Positions 1 to 14,261 of a stretch of 64,000 nt of DNA are shown in pieces (the first letter of the stretch is position 1; every line of letters starts with the position of its first letter). Below the pieces are notes generated by a model. It ran no database searches, was not told the origin of the DNA, and saw nothing but the letters and a program-made list of their open reading frames with translations. Location: contig MU004238.1 in the NCBI GenBank assembly GCA_010405405.1, positions 259,530 to 323,529 of the forward strand, read 5' to 3'. The position numbers were made by a program, and so were the translations under genes. The DNA is from Microthyrium microscopicum. Its lineage: Eukaryota.

Positions 1-606
1 CTACAAGGTACATAAAGTAAGTACTTCCAAGGAATGCAACTTAGATCTCCCATGGATGCTCTCGGCCGACCAAAGTGAAGTGGATAACTTTTTATGCCGA
101 AGATGCCATGAAAATTGAAGAAGTCTGGATGATCTGGGTCAATAAGCTTTTGGTCGTGGATCTTTCCGGCTGGGAAGTCCCGAGAGCTTTTGAATTCCTG
201 AATGCTATCCCAAGATGAGGCTTTGCACTTAATCTAGAGTTAGCGCCTAAAGGGGCAGGTACCAATAAGTAGACAAAGTTCTGCCAGGAACCGCGTCTCA
301 CCTTCTACAGTTGCTCGCTCGTTGTGCTGATGGGGTTACCATCTGAGCCGCAGCATGTGCTTTTGAATTTTAACTTTCTTGGGAGGCAGAGGCTCATGTA
401 TAAACTATGAACCTTTGTCCTAAAAGGTCTATGCTCCAAGACCAACAGACGTCATTGTTTTCCAATTTATATTGTTCACAGACTGGCGTTGAATCAGTCG
501 AAGCATGTGATAGAGTTCACGATAGCAGTATATACTACGGCTTTGGCATAACCTGAAGTATGGAATTCTCACACCTAATCTCCTCTGTGTTGGCGTTATC
601 GACGAC

Positions 607-3149
607 ATGTCGTTCCTATTCCGCTCGTTTCTTGCTGTTTCAGTGGTATCTTCATTCGTGACTGCGATTCCCCTCAATCGTTCCACGTCGGACGCAAGCT
701 CCAAGATCTTTACTCCAGTCCCCGAGTATCTTCAGCAATACTTGGATCAACTTCATGATTCGGAACAGCCAGTACTTGCTAGAAATGCCTTGCCGCAGGC
801 TGACCTGCCAGTTGTCGACCTTCCATATGGACGATATCGAGCAAACAGATATGTGAAAGAGAATGATGTATGTATTTACTGGGTCTCTAACCCGTGCGAT
901 AAACGTAGAATGCTTGCTGACAAAATTGTTTCCTAGGTCTACGTCTTCAAGAATATTCGCTTCGCAGCTCCACCAGTAGGGCCACTACGATTTGTGAAGC
1001 CCCAACGACCTGGCCTCAATCGGGTAATACTTGCCCTTAACAGTCGCTTTGTAGCCTAAAAATCAAGATGAAAGGATCAAGTGGTTCTCTATGTACAGAA
1101 GAATGCCGAGGACAATAGTCACTTCTCCTTTTGTTTGGTTGAAGAGCTCAAAAATCCGACATGAGATTATTCACACTTTTACTAACGAAAAACAGACCGT
1201 TTCCGATGGAAGCTATGGGCCTCAATGTATGCAGTCGTTTCAGGTACAGCAGATACCAGCCATTGACCTGGCGGGTCTATTGAATCTTGGCGACTCATTC
1301 AGTATTCTGCTTCCAATTCTCAACGCCATTGCGCCGTATATTCCAGACCTTGGAAAAACTGGTTCAGTTGATAGCTTGGTCGACACTCTTCGTCCTTATC
1401 TTGCGCCAGGTGGTCCATTATCCGGATATCATGGCACTATTGGAGATCTGATAGAAGCCCTAGCAGGTGTTTTAGGTGCTGGCCAAGCTGAAGACTGTAT
1501 GTGACTGCTGTGTATCCCTGCGATGTTTAGTATTATTCATGATTTTTGGATGGAGCCGAATGCTAACTCTCGCCCCTACAGGTCTCTTCTTAGATGTTTA
1601 CGTTCCAGGAAGGGTCATTCGAAGGGAGAACCAACGTCCTGTGCCCGTCATGCACTGGATATATGGGTAAATATATTTTCTCAGTTCAGTAAAGGATTTC
1701 ACTAAATTTTCAACAGCGGTGCTTACATTCTCGGCTCTAAAGATGGTCTTTACGATGGGTATGGCATGATCGAAGCCAGTAAAGGCGAACTCATTTTTGT
1801 AGCAGGAAACTACAGGGTAAGTTCAACATTCCACGAGACGAATTTGTGTCTAAAATTTTCTAGATGGGAGCATATGGCTTTCTTGCCGGACGCTCGGCTG
1901 AGAAAGAAAAGGCTACGAACCTGGCGTTCTACGATCAGCGGGCTTCCCTCGAGTGGACACAAGCTTTCATCGGGAAATTTGGCGGCGATCCAGGCCAAGT
2001 GACTGTCGCTGGAGAATCTGCTGGAGGTGGTTCTATCATGCATCATATGTAAGTAACTGGTCATCTTGCTTACTACTCATAGGTTGTTTTCTGACGTATC
2101 TCTACAGTACAGCATTTGGCGGAAAGCAAGATCCTCTGTTCCGCAAAGCCATAATACAAAGCCCTGCATTCGTCCCATCTTTCGACAGAGACGGCACACA
2201 AGAAGAGACATTCAAGTTGTTTGAGCGGAACGCTGGATGTACCGGTCGTGGCTTCCAATGCCTCAGATACGCTAATAACACTATCATCAAGCTGGCAAAC
2301 GATGCCACCATTGCCGCAGCACCTGCTGGATCTTTCGCCTTTGGACCGGCGGCTGATGGAGTTTGGGTTCGACAATTGCCTAACCTCGAACTATACACTG
2401 GAAACTATTGGAAGGGACTGGAAAGCATGATTCTCAGTCACACCTCCAATGAGTCTTCCATGTTTGTGGACCCCAACATCAAGACGCAACAGGAACTGGA
2501 TATCTGGCAAAAGAAGCTTCTACCAACAGATCCACGGATACAAACTAAACTTCAGGCACATTTCTCCCTGTTTCCGACAGTACCAAAACGGCTCGCCGAC
2601 CTGGTTCTAGGTGCTGCTTTCACTTGCAATGTTCGGTATTTGACACAAAGCTTTGCTGGAAAAACCTGGAACATGCAGTACTCCAAAGGCAAAGGAACTC
2701 ATGGATCTGACATCTTGAGTACCTTCTACAGCAAACAGAGCCCTCTGACAGATCTTGTGGGTGCCATCAACAGCGATATTCCTCCGATTGCAAAAGTGCT
2801 GCAAGCTTATTTTGTATCCTTCATTGTGAAAGGAGATCCCAATGAAGGAACTCAACAGAGCCTTTTGCAGCAACTGAACCCATTTTCTACCAAACTCCTA
2901 CCCATGCCAAGGCCTCCAAATGCAATGGCTAGCTCTGTTGACGTATTGGACATCTCTAGTTCTGAGAAGTATACTCTTGATGCTGCTACATCTTCACAAC
3001 AGTGTGATTTCTGGAATGATGGCCTCGGTATCATAACAAATATTTTGGGATATGCCGTACCAGGGGCGGCACGAGGATCCTCTGTCTATGTGGCGAATCC
3101 AAGTGCATTCTACAATACACCGAGAAAGCCTGGGCAAACTGCAAGATAG
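607..3149 (+). CDS. Secreted type-B carboxylesterase/lipase (multi-exon)
   Basis: Hydrophobic N-terminus (MSFLFRSFLAVSVVSSFVTA); motifs NIRFAAPP, EDC/LFLDVYVP, PVMHWIYGGAYILG and nucleophile elbow GDPGQVTVAGESAGG, spread over exons separated by GT..AG introns. Confidence 0.9.
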
Positions 3150-3724
3150 ACCTAGTTCTTGATAGGTTCTACCACTGGGTTAGGCATTGGAATTTGCGGA
3201 GCGGGACTTGCAAATTCCGATTTTGCTTTGTATCTTTTACATCCTTAATTGTATCACCGAGTAACGAATATCATATAGCATACTACCAAACATATTTGTA
3301 ATTGATTGAACCAACACACCAGATGTGTAACTTCAAGTTCCGCTTCATAAGTCTTTTGTGCGATTGGTTGTCATGGTGCCATGATGATCTAAAAAATCGA
3401 CCAGTATAACGTTCGCCAAAACAACACACCGGCAAAGACAGCGGCAAAGACAGCGGCAACAGCCTTATGACCTGATTCATGCGAACTCTGGGCCTGCCGC
3501 CACATTGGAAAAATCTTTTCCCGAAGAACAGGAGAATGGGAAGGATAGGTGGGACTACAGGAATTTCGCGTGGGCCGGGAGGTGGCGCGGGTGGGGATCA
3601 TTTTGACGATGACCAGGGCGATTGTTCCGAGGTCGCATATAAGAGTCGCCTCAAGGGGAGAATATAAACTCCCCACCAGGAGTCCCCATATAGCTTATAA
3701 TTGCATCAGAAAACAACGACTATC

Positions 3725-5177
3725 ATGGCTTCGGAGATTCACAGTCTAAAGATTGCCATCATCGGCGCAGGTAAGTGATCAGTCTTTGACTGCGCCACTA
3801 TTGGATGCAATTGCTAACATAACATCTAGGCATGGGTGGTTTAACGACTGCTTTAGCTCTTGCGAAAGCTGGATTCCAGAACATTGAAGTCTATGAGGCG
3901 GCTTCTAATCTGGGATTTGTCGGTGCTGGAATACAGATGGCGCCGAATATGGCGAAAGTGTTGGATCACTTGGGAGTATGGCAAGATATAGTCAAAGATG
4001 GCGTGGTTATCAAGGAAACGAGTATAAGAAGTAAGAGCAAAAGTTACCCCTTTTCACTTCGGACCTTGTACTGATCAGGATCGCAATTACAGAAGGCTCA
4101 ACAAATGAGGAGCTAGGCCATGTCAGCCTGGAACATATAGAATCGGCATTCAACTATCCACACATGGTCGGCCACAGAACACATCTTGCAAATGGAATAT
4201 ACAATGGTTGCAAGAATGAGAAAGCTATCAAAGTCTTCTTTTCTACAGCGCTAGATAGCGTACAGTCATTCGGGCCCAAACCAAGCTTCATAGTTATTCC
4301 AAGAGACACTAAAGTCCCAGTCAAAGTCGAAGCCGACATCTTGCTAGCAGCTGACGGTATCAAGAGTAATGTGCGACTTGACATGCTTCACGAACTCAAA
4401 GCGGACGCCGAGGTGGAAGATTCAGGCCAAGCAGCTTACCGCGTGCTTCTCAAACGTGAGGACCTTCAGAAGGACCCAGAATTACTCGAACTTCTCGACA
4501 GCAACCAGGTTACTCGCTGGATTGGATCCAGACGGCATATCATTGCATATCCTGTGGCTGGCAAGACCATCTACAACATCTCCACTGCTCAACCTGATGA
4601 CAATTTCGCCGCGGCACCTTCAGCTACGTACACCACCAAAGGCTCCAAGCCAGCCATGTTGTCGGTTTTCGAAGACTTTTGCCCACTCGCTCAACGAATG
4701 CTCAATCTCGTTCCCGATGGGGAGGTCTGTGAATGGAAACTGCGAGTCCACGCGCCACTACCTACATGGATTCATGGATCTGTGGCTTTATTGGGTGACG
4801 CATGTCATCCCACACTACCACATCTGAACCAGGGCGCTGCTCAAGCTATCGAAGATGCAGCAGTGCTAGGAGTAGTACTGGCACGCTTACCAGACGCAAA
4901 GCCAGAGTCCATCAACAAGGCCCTCCGAGTGTACGAGGGTGTCCGCAAAGAACGCGCAGAGAAACTGGTAGCTATGGCCGCAGCGAATGGAAAGGCCATG
5001 CAGCTTAGCAGTGGAGCCGAGCAGGAAGAGCGTGATAAGCAATTTGCTGCTTTGAAGGCCGGGAAAGGACCAGTTCCTGATAAATGGGCAGACGGAGACG
5101 TGCAAAAGATGATTTTTGGGTTCGATTGCGTGAAGGTTGCAGAGGATACATTTCAGCAGAGTTTCGATGCCATGTAA
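3725..5177 (+). CDS. FAD-dependent monooxygenase, salicylate hydroxylase-like (3 exons)
   Basis: IAIIGAG|MGGL Rossmann motif across intron 3771-3829; DILLAADGIKS; ALLGDACHPTLPHLNQGAAQAIEDA. Confidence 0.92.
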
Positions 5178-5201
5178 AGTAATGAGGTTGATTTAGCGGA
5201 C

Positions 5202-7634
5202 TTATCGACAGACCTTGATCCATTGATCGACGACGGCTTCCATGTCGAATGCAATACCCCATTGAGAATACAAACATCTGAAAAGTTTTTGTATCGAATT
5301 GAGCTCGTAGAAGAGGTTTTTGTTTGTTCCAACTCTTAACAGCGCCTCTCCGCGTATAAAGCGGACAGTGTCAGATCCAAGTGCCGGGTTGGACATTTCT
5401 GCCAGCGTAAAGTAGGGCTGATCCACGTCTAACAGCGAGTCTTGCCATACGATAGAGACAGGGACTTTGATAGTTCGGATGGCTGCTGAAGAGAAGGCTG
5501 CATATATGGTAGTAGCTGAGAACAAGGCACTTGGCATATGGATCGCATGTGCCCTCCCACGAGGAAGCTGTTCTATGATATCTTGAATGGCTGCAGCATG
5601 TAGCAACGCCTTACGTGCATTATTTGTGGCAGCCCATTGACGTACATCAATGTTAGAAAGCTTCTCGGTACCAGCTGTACCGGTCTTCCAGACATGTTGT
5701 TCTACATTTAGGCGATGACACAGGTGTCTGCACAACAAAGCAGAGTTGATGATTGTGTCTAGACATAGAGTGTGCCAGCGTAGAAGCGTTTCGAGGCGAT
5801 CTGCGCTAGATAGATGTGAATTGCCCATAATATTATGATAGAGCTGACCGAGAGCTCTTTGGATCTCTGTCCTGCTGGGAACTCCAACTGCAGAGGAGTC
5901 ACCATCAGAGTCCGAAATGAGTGATTGAATTGCTTCCAAGAGGACTTTGAATGACAAGGCAGTGAATGTGTGGTCAGTATAGGGAGACCCACTGGCATTT
6001 TCGAAGAGCTGGTGGAGTAGGCGTCGAAAAGTTGGCTTTTCCGAAGACTGAGTTTGTATATGCGCGATCCATTCGTCTGCTGTAGACGCCTCGAAGGCAC
6101 ACTCACAGCTTGGGATAACAAGATGGCTTGTTGCATGTCGAGTTGATGTTGGTTCGCCCGTCATCTGAGAAATCAGCCCGTCCAACACAAAGTTTGCGAG
6201 GCAAGCACGTTGTTGAATCTCTCTCGCTGCCCAGATCCGCCATTGTTGATCTTTTTCGACAGCAGGCGCATCAAGAGAGGGTATGCCCTCATTGTTATAG
6301 ACAGCACCATCAATCATACCACAATGCCTGGCCCAAAAGAAGCTCAGAGATTGAAAAGCCTGGCTTGTGGTTCGAATTGATCTGTTCTATTATATTATTA
6401 GAGAATATGCAATATGACGAAGATAAGTTTACCCTAGATAGTGCTCCATATATCTGGCTTAGCAAAGCACTTGTGACTAGCTGTACTCCCGGGGAAGCAT
6501 CGTGGGGTCCACGGTGATTTATGAGTGACTGCCACTGTTTTGCTGTCAGTAAAAAGCCTCTTTCAATCAAAACGACATGTCATACCGAAGTTGCAATTGC
6601 AGTGTGAGCTAGATGCCATAGTGCTTCTCCCTAAGCTCATCAGAAAAAGAATCAACTTTTGGGCCCTTTGCGTACCTTCACAATTGCATCCTTTGGGCCA
6701 AGATACAGTGATCCAATAGCAATAGCGTTCAACAGAAGCTGCTGCGTACAATCTTTGAAGACAAATGTAGCTCTATGAAGTATAGGCAGAATTGGAATGA
6801 AGCGAACGAAGAACATGTGTAGGCATTCGTCAAGAAAGACGGAAGATATAGAGGTTGACTCTGCCGCCGCTGTCACACTGGATGACTGAATCTCGTCAGA
6901 TTGTGGAATTGCTGGTTGGATTCAAACACGATCTTACCAGATTAGCTATCATTTTGCTCACATCCTGCACAGCTCTCCGATTGCCACCTGTGGGTATAGC
7001 ATCAATTGACTCTGCCGGATCTGAGGATGTGGCAGGTGGCAAAGGGTCTATCAAAAGCTGTGTTTCAATTGGCAGTGTACCAAATGATAATAACTGCTGC
7101 GGAATGACATCTCCGAGCATGATATCGTTGAAAAGATCCTCCGAGTCTGGCCATACAAGTTCGGAGGGCATGTCGGGTGGGAGAATCATCTCATACTCCG
7201 GACCGTCAGGTTGCAGTCCACCTCCCAGAGGCTCAGGACACGTTCTTTCATTATCAGCCTCGTCTAACCGGTTCAAGGACTCTGGAGTAATAGGCTGAGA
7301 TGTAATTGAGGGAGAGGCTGAAGCTGATGGAGCCTTGGATTGACGCGCATGCAGTCGTTCATGACGCAGTAGTGAGTCCTGCCTGGCAAAAGGCCGGTTG
7401 CATAATCTGCATAGAAATGGTTTCGATCCAGTATCTATTGAGTTCCCAGGCTTGTAAGTTTATGCCAGATGGCACTTTGTCTCGTGCGCAGTTGTCAGGT
7501 TTAGACTCACGGGTACGCTCATGTCTCTAGTATGAAGGTGAGTGCTGCGTACCGAGTCGCGAACTGTAGCAATGCAAACTTACTCTCAGATGTTCTCCTT
7601 TTGTAAAGGACGTACTACAGTAGCGACACTGCAT
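5202..7634 (-). CDS. C2H2 zinc-finger transcription factor with fungal-specific TF domain (multi-exon)
   Basis: Spliced N-terminus reads MQCRYCSTSFTKGEHLRRHERTHTGSKPFLCRLCNRPFARQDSLLRHERLH; downstream FIPILPILHRATF and WRIWAAREIQQRAC are typical Fungal_trans segments. Confidence 0.88.
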
Positions 7635-7882
7635 TGCTGCAGTCTCAGGCTGCCTATCAAGTTCACCGGCGATGATGCTAAGATTGGAAAAAGGAGAACT
7701 CTAGTGGGGACGTGGGGATGGAGTGAGCTGCATGTGGGGCCTGCTTTGGGGCAAGATTGGCATGCCTGTTCTACAAGTACTACTCAAAGATTTAGGGGTG
7801 ATATGGGATTCGATGAAAAGGCAAGGTAGTGAGACCATCAAAGCAGTATTTACACAAACGCTGTCAAACTCTTTTAAGAAAT

Positions 7883-9232
<1,350 letters not shown>

Positions 9233-9620
9233 TCAAAGTTAAAACCATGGTTTGCCTATGACGGGCAATATGTAAAGCGATCTGAACGATCAGCGTTTAT
9301 GCTTTGCTCAGATGGCATCTTGGCACCCGAAATTCGGCACGCGGACAAGCTTTGAAGATGGTAGTTTGCATGAACCACCATTGCAGGCCAACACCATAGC
9401 CCACGTGGGTGCATTTGCTTGACGACAATACTTTGAAGAATGTTGACCGTGTCCCGCACTACCATCTATTCCCCGCTTCTGTATACTGCTATATCAGGTA
9501 AACAATCTGCTAAAATGTCTCATAGTCTTTTCATATCGTCCCGTCCTTCTTGTTTGCTACGCTTGTCACCTTCAGCACGGCTTTTTAGCTGATCTAACCT
9601 TTACATCCCATTTCGCCGCC

Positions 9621-11117
9621 ATGGAATGGTCAATCTCCCCCTCAAAGAGCTCACTCGCAGCTTCACACACCTACGACAGCAATGGCTTCCCTTCAGACCT
9701 CAAAGATGAGAAGATACTGCTTGCTAGCGAGTCGTTGGGACCCATCAACGGTGTCAGTCGAACAACCACCAACCTCATACTCTCTCTTCAGGCGCAGAAT
9801 GTACCGTTGAAGCTAGTCGCGCCGCAATATGTCCACTCTAGTACACGACCTCCCTTACCTTACGGCACAGTTAGAAGACTAGGAGGCATGTCTCTGCCAT
9901 ATACACCAGAACTATCAGTGGCCTACCCCTTCAGACTCGATCGACTAAGCTACAAGTTCAAACCCGACCTCGTGTATCTCGCCAGTCCCGCAAGTGTTGG
10001 TTTCCAGATCCTTCTTCAAATACGATGTATGATCAATCCCCCGGTAGTCATGGCCAACTTTCAAACCGACCTGAGCGCTTACGCAGCAATAATATTTCCC
10101 TCGCCAATGGACAAGTACGCTATGTGGATGCTTCAGCGTGTTCAAGGCTGGCTCTACAATCACTACAGCGTACACACTATATTCTACCCTTCCACACCTG
10201 TCAAGGACTATTTAATAGAATGTGGTGTCCCGGAGGAGAAACTCGTTCACCTCGGCCGTGGTGTTGACACTACACTCTTTCATCCTGCCGCCCGAGACCA
10301 GATCTGGCGCAGTCAAATCGCTCCTCACAACGAGATCATCCTCGTTGTTGTAGGTCGTCTCGCACCAGAAAAGGGATTTCCGTTTCTCGCTACTGCACTA
10401 CGGAAGCTCGCCTCGCAAAATGTACCCTTTAAACTGCTCATTGTTGGTGGAAATCGCAACGCTGCAGTCGAAGCTGAAGTACGAGCAGCCTTTGCTCCGC
10501 TCGGCGAGCGTGTGCTTTTCACAGGCTTCCTTGAGGGCGCGGCCTTAGCACGTGCATATGCCTCAGCAGATGTATTCGTACACTGCTCCGTCACCGAAAC
10601 ATTCGGCCTCGTCGTTCTCGAAGCCATGGCCGCCGGCCTTCCAGTCATAGCTCGTGCCGCCGGTGGCCCTGCAGAGATTGTCCGCGATGGCCAATCTGGG
10701 TATCTCACTCCGCCAGACGATATGGACGCCTTCGTCTCGCGCATCGCCTATCTAGCCGCTGAACCACAACTACGCCTGACCATGTCAACTGCAGCACGAA
10801 CACAGGCAGAGGGTGAGACATGGGACGCGATCAATGGTCGAGTGGCTCAACGTATGGCGCAAGCACTAGCTGAAAGACGAGAACAACCGGCCAGGAGACG
10901 ACCCCTAGATCTGGGGAATACCATTCTAAACTGGATAGCAGCGTTGTTGAGTGCCGTATGGACGGAGATGTGGTATACGGGGGCGATGCTGATTGTGACT
11001 TTCTTCTGGATCGTCGCAGTATTACCGATCATGATCCACGGGAATATTGTGTTCGCCCAGCAGGCGAGGAGACAACATACATCTACAAGTACGACGAAGA
11101 TGACTGTCGCAGCATAA
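9621..11117 (+). CDS. Family 4 (GT-B) glycosyltransferase with C-terminal membrane segment
   Basis: 498-aa ORF; VGRLAPEKG, YASADVFVHCSVTETFGLVVLEAMAAGLPV (E-x7-E motif); hydrophobic C-terminus. Confidence 0.9.
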   Translation: MEWSISPSKSSLAASHTYDSNGFPSDLKDEKILLASESLGPINGVSRTTTNLILSLQAQNVPLKLVAPQYVHSSTRPPLPYGTVRRLGGMSLPYTPELSVAYPFRLDRLSYKFKPDLVYLASPASVGFQILLQIRCMINPPVVMANFQTDLSAYAAIIFPSPMDKYAMWMLQRVQGWLYNHYSVHTIFYPSTPVKDYLIECGVPEEKLVHLGRGVDTTLFHPAARDQIWRSQIAPHNEIILVVVGRLAPEKGFPFLATALRKLASQNVPFKLLIVGGNRNAAVEAEVRAAFAPLGERVLFTGFLEGAALARAYASADVFVHCSVTETFGLVVLEAMAAGLPVIARAAGGPAEIVRDGQSGYLTPPDDMDAFVSRIAYLAAEPQLRLTMSTAARTQAEGETWDAINGRVAQRMAQALAERREQPARRRPLDLGNTILNWIAALLSAVWTEMWYTGAMLIVTFFWIVAVLPIMIHGNIVFAQQARRQHTSTSTTKMTVAA

Positions 11118-11516
11118 GTTGAAGTGGTTTGATACATTAATGATACCCGTAATATGGCGTTATGGACGTTTTAGTCTGGTAATACAAGCTTTCTTTGAAG
11201 TGCATATGCTGTGAGCCACCTAGTTGTCAGATCAATCAACGCACAATAGCTTAATCGACATGCATCGGGATGCTTTTAGAATCACCATGAGCGGATCTGA
11301 TTGATTGAAGTTATTTAGTACACCCCAAACGCGCTTCGGTATCTATCTGACTAGACCCTAACACAAAAAGACTTTCTTTTAATGATTAACTGGTATCTAC
11401 GAGAGATTACTATCCACAAGTTACTTCAACCGCCTCCTATAAATCCAGCATGTTCTCCCTCTACTTTTACTCCAGTCCAAGTTCCATTTCTCAAAACTGT
11501 ATAAATCAGCACGAAG

Positions 11517-11711
11517 ATGTGCTGGGTCTATCAAATTACATACACAGGGTGTGGATGTACCGGCGAAGAGTTCAAGATATGCGATATTGCCAGACTAGAA
11601 GGAACAGAAGCGAAGCGTTGCTGGCGAGAGTATCCAGAGGTCGCTAGAGCGGGTAATTGTCCGTGGCGCCAATGTCCCCGAAGCTCAAGAGATGATGATA
11701 GGGATAGATGA
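11517..11711 (+). CDS. Cys-rich microprotein A1 (64 aa)
   Basis: MCWVYQITYTGCGCTGEEFKICDIARLEGTEAKRCWREYPEVARAGNCPWRQC...; TATAAAT at 11438. Confidence 0.8.
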   Translation: MCWVYQITYTGCGCTGEEFKICDIARLEGTEAKRCWREYPEVARAGNCPWRQCPRSSRDDDRDR

Positions 11712-11989
11712 GCACTGCTATAGCCTGTAGCTTTGGGAGAAGAGTCTAAATTCACTGTGGAGTAGATCATTTGAGCATAAGTGCCTGAGAATTGAAAGCG
11801 TCGATCACATCTTCGACTTTCACATCATTGCTTAACTGCCACTTTGGACTTTGTATATTATATAAGGCCAATCTTACTCCTATATTTCTCAAACATTATA
11901 GCGCCATAGACTATCATACAAGATATTCGGGACTCAGCATACTGATAATATAACACAAGAAATACCATAAGCCACGTATAAGCAACAAC

Positions 11990-12148
11990 ATGTGCTCCAA
12001 ACCCATGGTAACACACATGCTGTGTGGACATAAGACGGAGGAATTCATGCCATGTCAGCGGGCCAAAGACACCGGGCAACTATGTGGCTACACCGAGCGT
12101 GGGGAGATTGCGACTGTGAGTCGTTGCCGTATATGCCGAACGATGTAG
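11990..12148 (+). CDS. Cys/His microprotein A2 (52 aa)
   Basis: MCSKPMVTHMLCGHKTEEFMPCQRAKDTGQLCGYTERGEIATVSRCRICRTM*; TATATAAG near 11859; absent from ORF track. Confidence 0.85.
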   Translation: MCSKPMVTHMLCGHKTEEFMPCQRAKDTGQLCGYTERGEIATVSRCRICRTM

Positions 12149-12916
12149 TAGAGAGGCTTTGTAGGGAAGGATAGTTGCTGGACTCTTTGTGGAGGCTGGA
12201 CAGCTCAGATATGTCAAATCTAGGAACGTAGTGAATCGAAACTTTGATCATATTCTTGGATCTAAAAATGCGGCTGGCGATGTGATGAAAGCAAATGAAC
12301 TGAGGACCCTCACTGTTGATAGGTAGCACGACTCTAATTTGGAGACCACATGATGCAATAGAGAGTTCCCAAGAGAAGCAACAAAATGTAATACGCTGAG
12401 CTGCTCAATTCACTATCAATTTCAGTTGCTAGGCATCAGAATAGACTGTGTTTATCACTGTCGGAAAAACAAGAATATGGTCGTCCGTTACAACATCTAG
12501 TGTCTGACAATATATCGCGTTCACAGAATCAAAAGTCCCAGGTTGCGACCATTTGTTCTAAGAGACAATGTCTCAAATCTCAAACTGTGATCTGTGTCTA
12601 GCATCTGAAACATTATATTTCCGCGCGGCTCACTGAGCGAGAGACTCACGACATCGTGATACATGGATTGAGCGATAGCTTAACGCTTCGCCATAAGATA
12701 AACTAGCAGATCTAGTGGAGAACCTCTGTCTCTACTCTCAGACCTCCCGATAAAGGTACCTTGACAGTGTCAAAAGGTGAGAATGATTGAGAAGTAAAGC
12801 AGGAAAAAAAAGATATAAATACCGTGATTAAATTTACCTTTTAAAATCTTTATCAAACCTTCAGCATACCGGATTATTACCTCCAAAGCCAGCAATAAAC
12901 AGAAGCAACGTCATTC

Positions 12917-13072
12917 ATGTGTTTCAAGGAGAAGATCTATTCCTTGATTTGTGGTCATTATTGGTTTGAGTGGAGAGAGTGTGATATTGTGAAAATAGAG
13001 CGCAGGCAATGTGGATGGACTGAACGTCCAGCTGTAGTCGCGCGGATGGTTTATTGTCCGGACTGCCCATAA
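12917..13072 (+). CDS. Cys/His microprotein A3 (51 aa)
   Basis: MCFKEKIYSLICGHYWFEWRECDIVKIERRQCGWTERPAVVARMVYCPDCP*; TATAAAT at 12814. Confidence 0.85.
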   Translation: MCFKEKIYSLICGHYWFEWRECDIVKIERRQCGWTERPAVVARMVYCPDCP

Positions 13073-13368
13073 GGACTGTATCATAGGAGTTTTAGGTCTG
13101 GACGATATTTGGAGAGAATGAGACGATGTTGGATTCCATCTTGGTATAGTTCGACAATTACCAATCCCGCCTTGCTCAAGATTCAAAGATCTTCACGACC
13201 TTGTAACTAATTTTTGATCGCTTGGATCGGAACGCACTTTCTCTGACCATGAAGTGAAAAAAGGCGACGCTTATAAAAACGCTCATTGAACGCCCATTTG
13301 ATATCTCTTTTGTGTAAAACCCAATACCAGGCTACCGGAATCAAAGAACAGTGAGATAAACCTTAAAA

Positions 13369-13510
13369 ATGTGCTATCGAATACAGGTTTTCTCCATAGA
13401 TTGTACCCATAGATGGGAGGACTTTGAACCTTGCAACATTGCTAAATCAGGCAGAGCATGTGGTTGGATGGAGATGCCGTAAGTTGCAAGAGTGGATATG
13501 CCCGATCTGT
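13369..13510 (+). pseudogene. Cys/His microprotein A4, premature stop and frameshift
   Basis: MCYRIQVFSIDCTHRWEDFEPCNIAKSGRACGWMEMP*VAR, then CPIC in a shifted frame; TAA at 13480-13482; TATAAAA at 13272. Confidence 0.8.
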
Positions 13511-13814
13511 GTTACTGCCCGACGATTGATTGATGGACTGAAAGGGTCTCTGTAGGCCAAATTGATGATGATCTTTCATGATGCAAGTTATAGCACTGAA
13601 TAAGTGAGGCTATCAAGTAAATGCCGCTCATAAGTAGGTTCATCGTCGTAGGCATTTATACGCACCGCTGTGTTTTAGTTTCAGGAGACAGTCAACTGTA
13701 ATTAATGAATTCAAGGCTGCTGGGTATAAATATGTCCTCCGCACAGATATTGAGGTAGTCATCAAAAGCTCAACTACCAAGATATCAAAATCGACAACTT
13801 GATCAAACTCCGCC

Positions 13815-13988
13815 ATGTGTTTTGAGACAAAGAGACATGCTATCGGGTGTGGCCATTCCTGGACTGAGCGGGAACCCTGCGACATTGCTGAAGCAGGCAA
13901 CGATTGTGAAAATATTGATTTTTGGGAAACAGCAAGAAGCGGCATATGCCCAAAGTGTGTAGAGCGTGGTGGGAACTTTTTCATATAG
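13815..13988 (+). CDS. Cys/His microprotein A5 (57 aa)
   Basis: MCFETKRHAIGCGHSWTEREPCDIAEAGNDCENIDFWETARSGICPKCVERGGNFFI*; GGGTATAAAT with TATA at 13725. Confidence 0.85.
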   Translation: MCFETKRHAIGCGHSWTEREPCDIAEAGNDCENIDFWETARSGICPKCVERGGNFFI

Positions 13989-14261
13989 AGTGTGGATGTG
14001 ATACCCATAGATGCTTGTGATCAAGAGTTCTATCTTGAAACTTACAGATACGGGAAACGAGCTGAAACACTATTAATTTCAATTCTACCTAATGCAGTTT
14101 TTGCCTCCGTTCAAATCCAAATCACTTGAATGGTAGAGAGACTTGTATTTACGGTGCCATTGAATAATTAGCCAGATATAAATGCGGCTGTTCAGGCCTT
14201 GTTCTAAACTCTGCTTGCATTTCTCAACTTCAAAGAACCCAATACTCACCTAGGGACAATA

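Noticed and set aside
13479..13554. GTAAGT in A4 as an intron donor rescuing the ORF
   Set aside because: The putative intron contains the homologous VAR..CPIC coding segment, so splicing would delete the CxxC; all paralogues are intronless.
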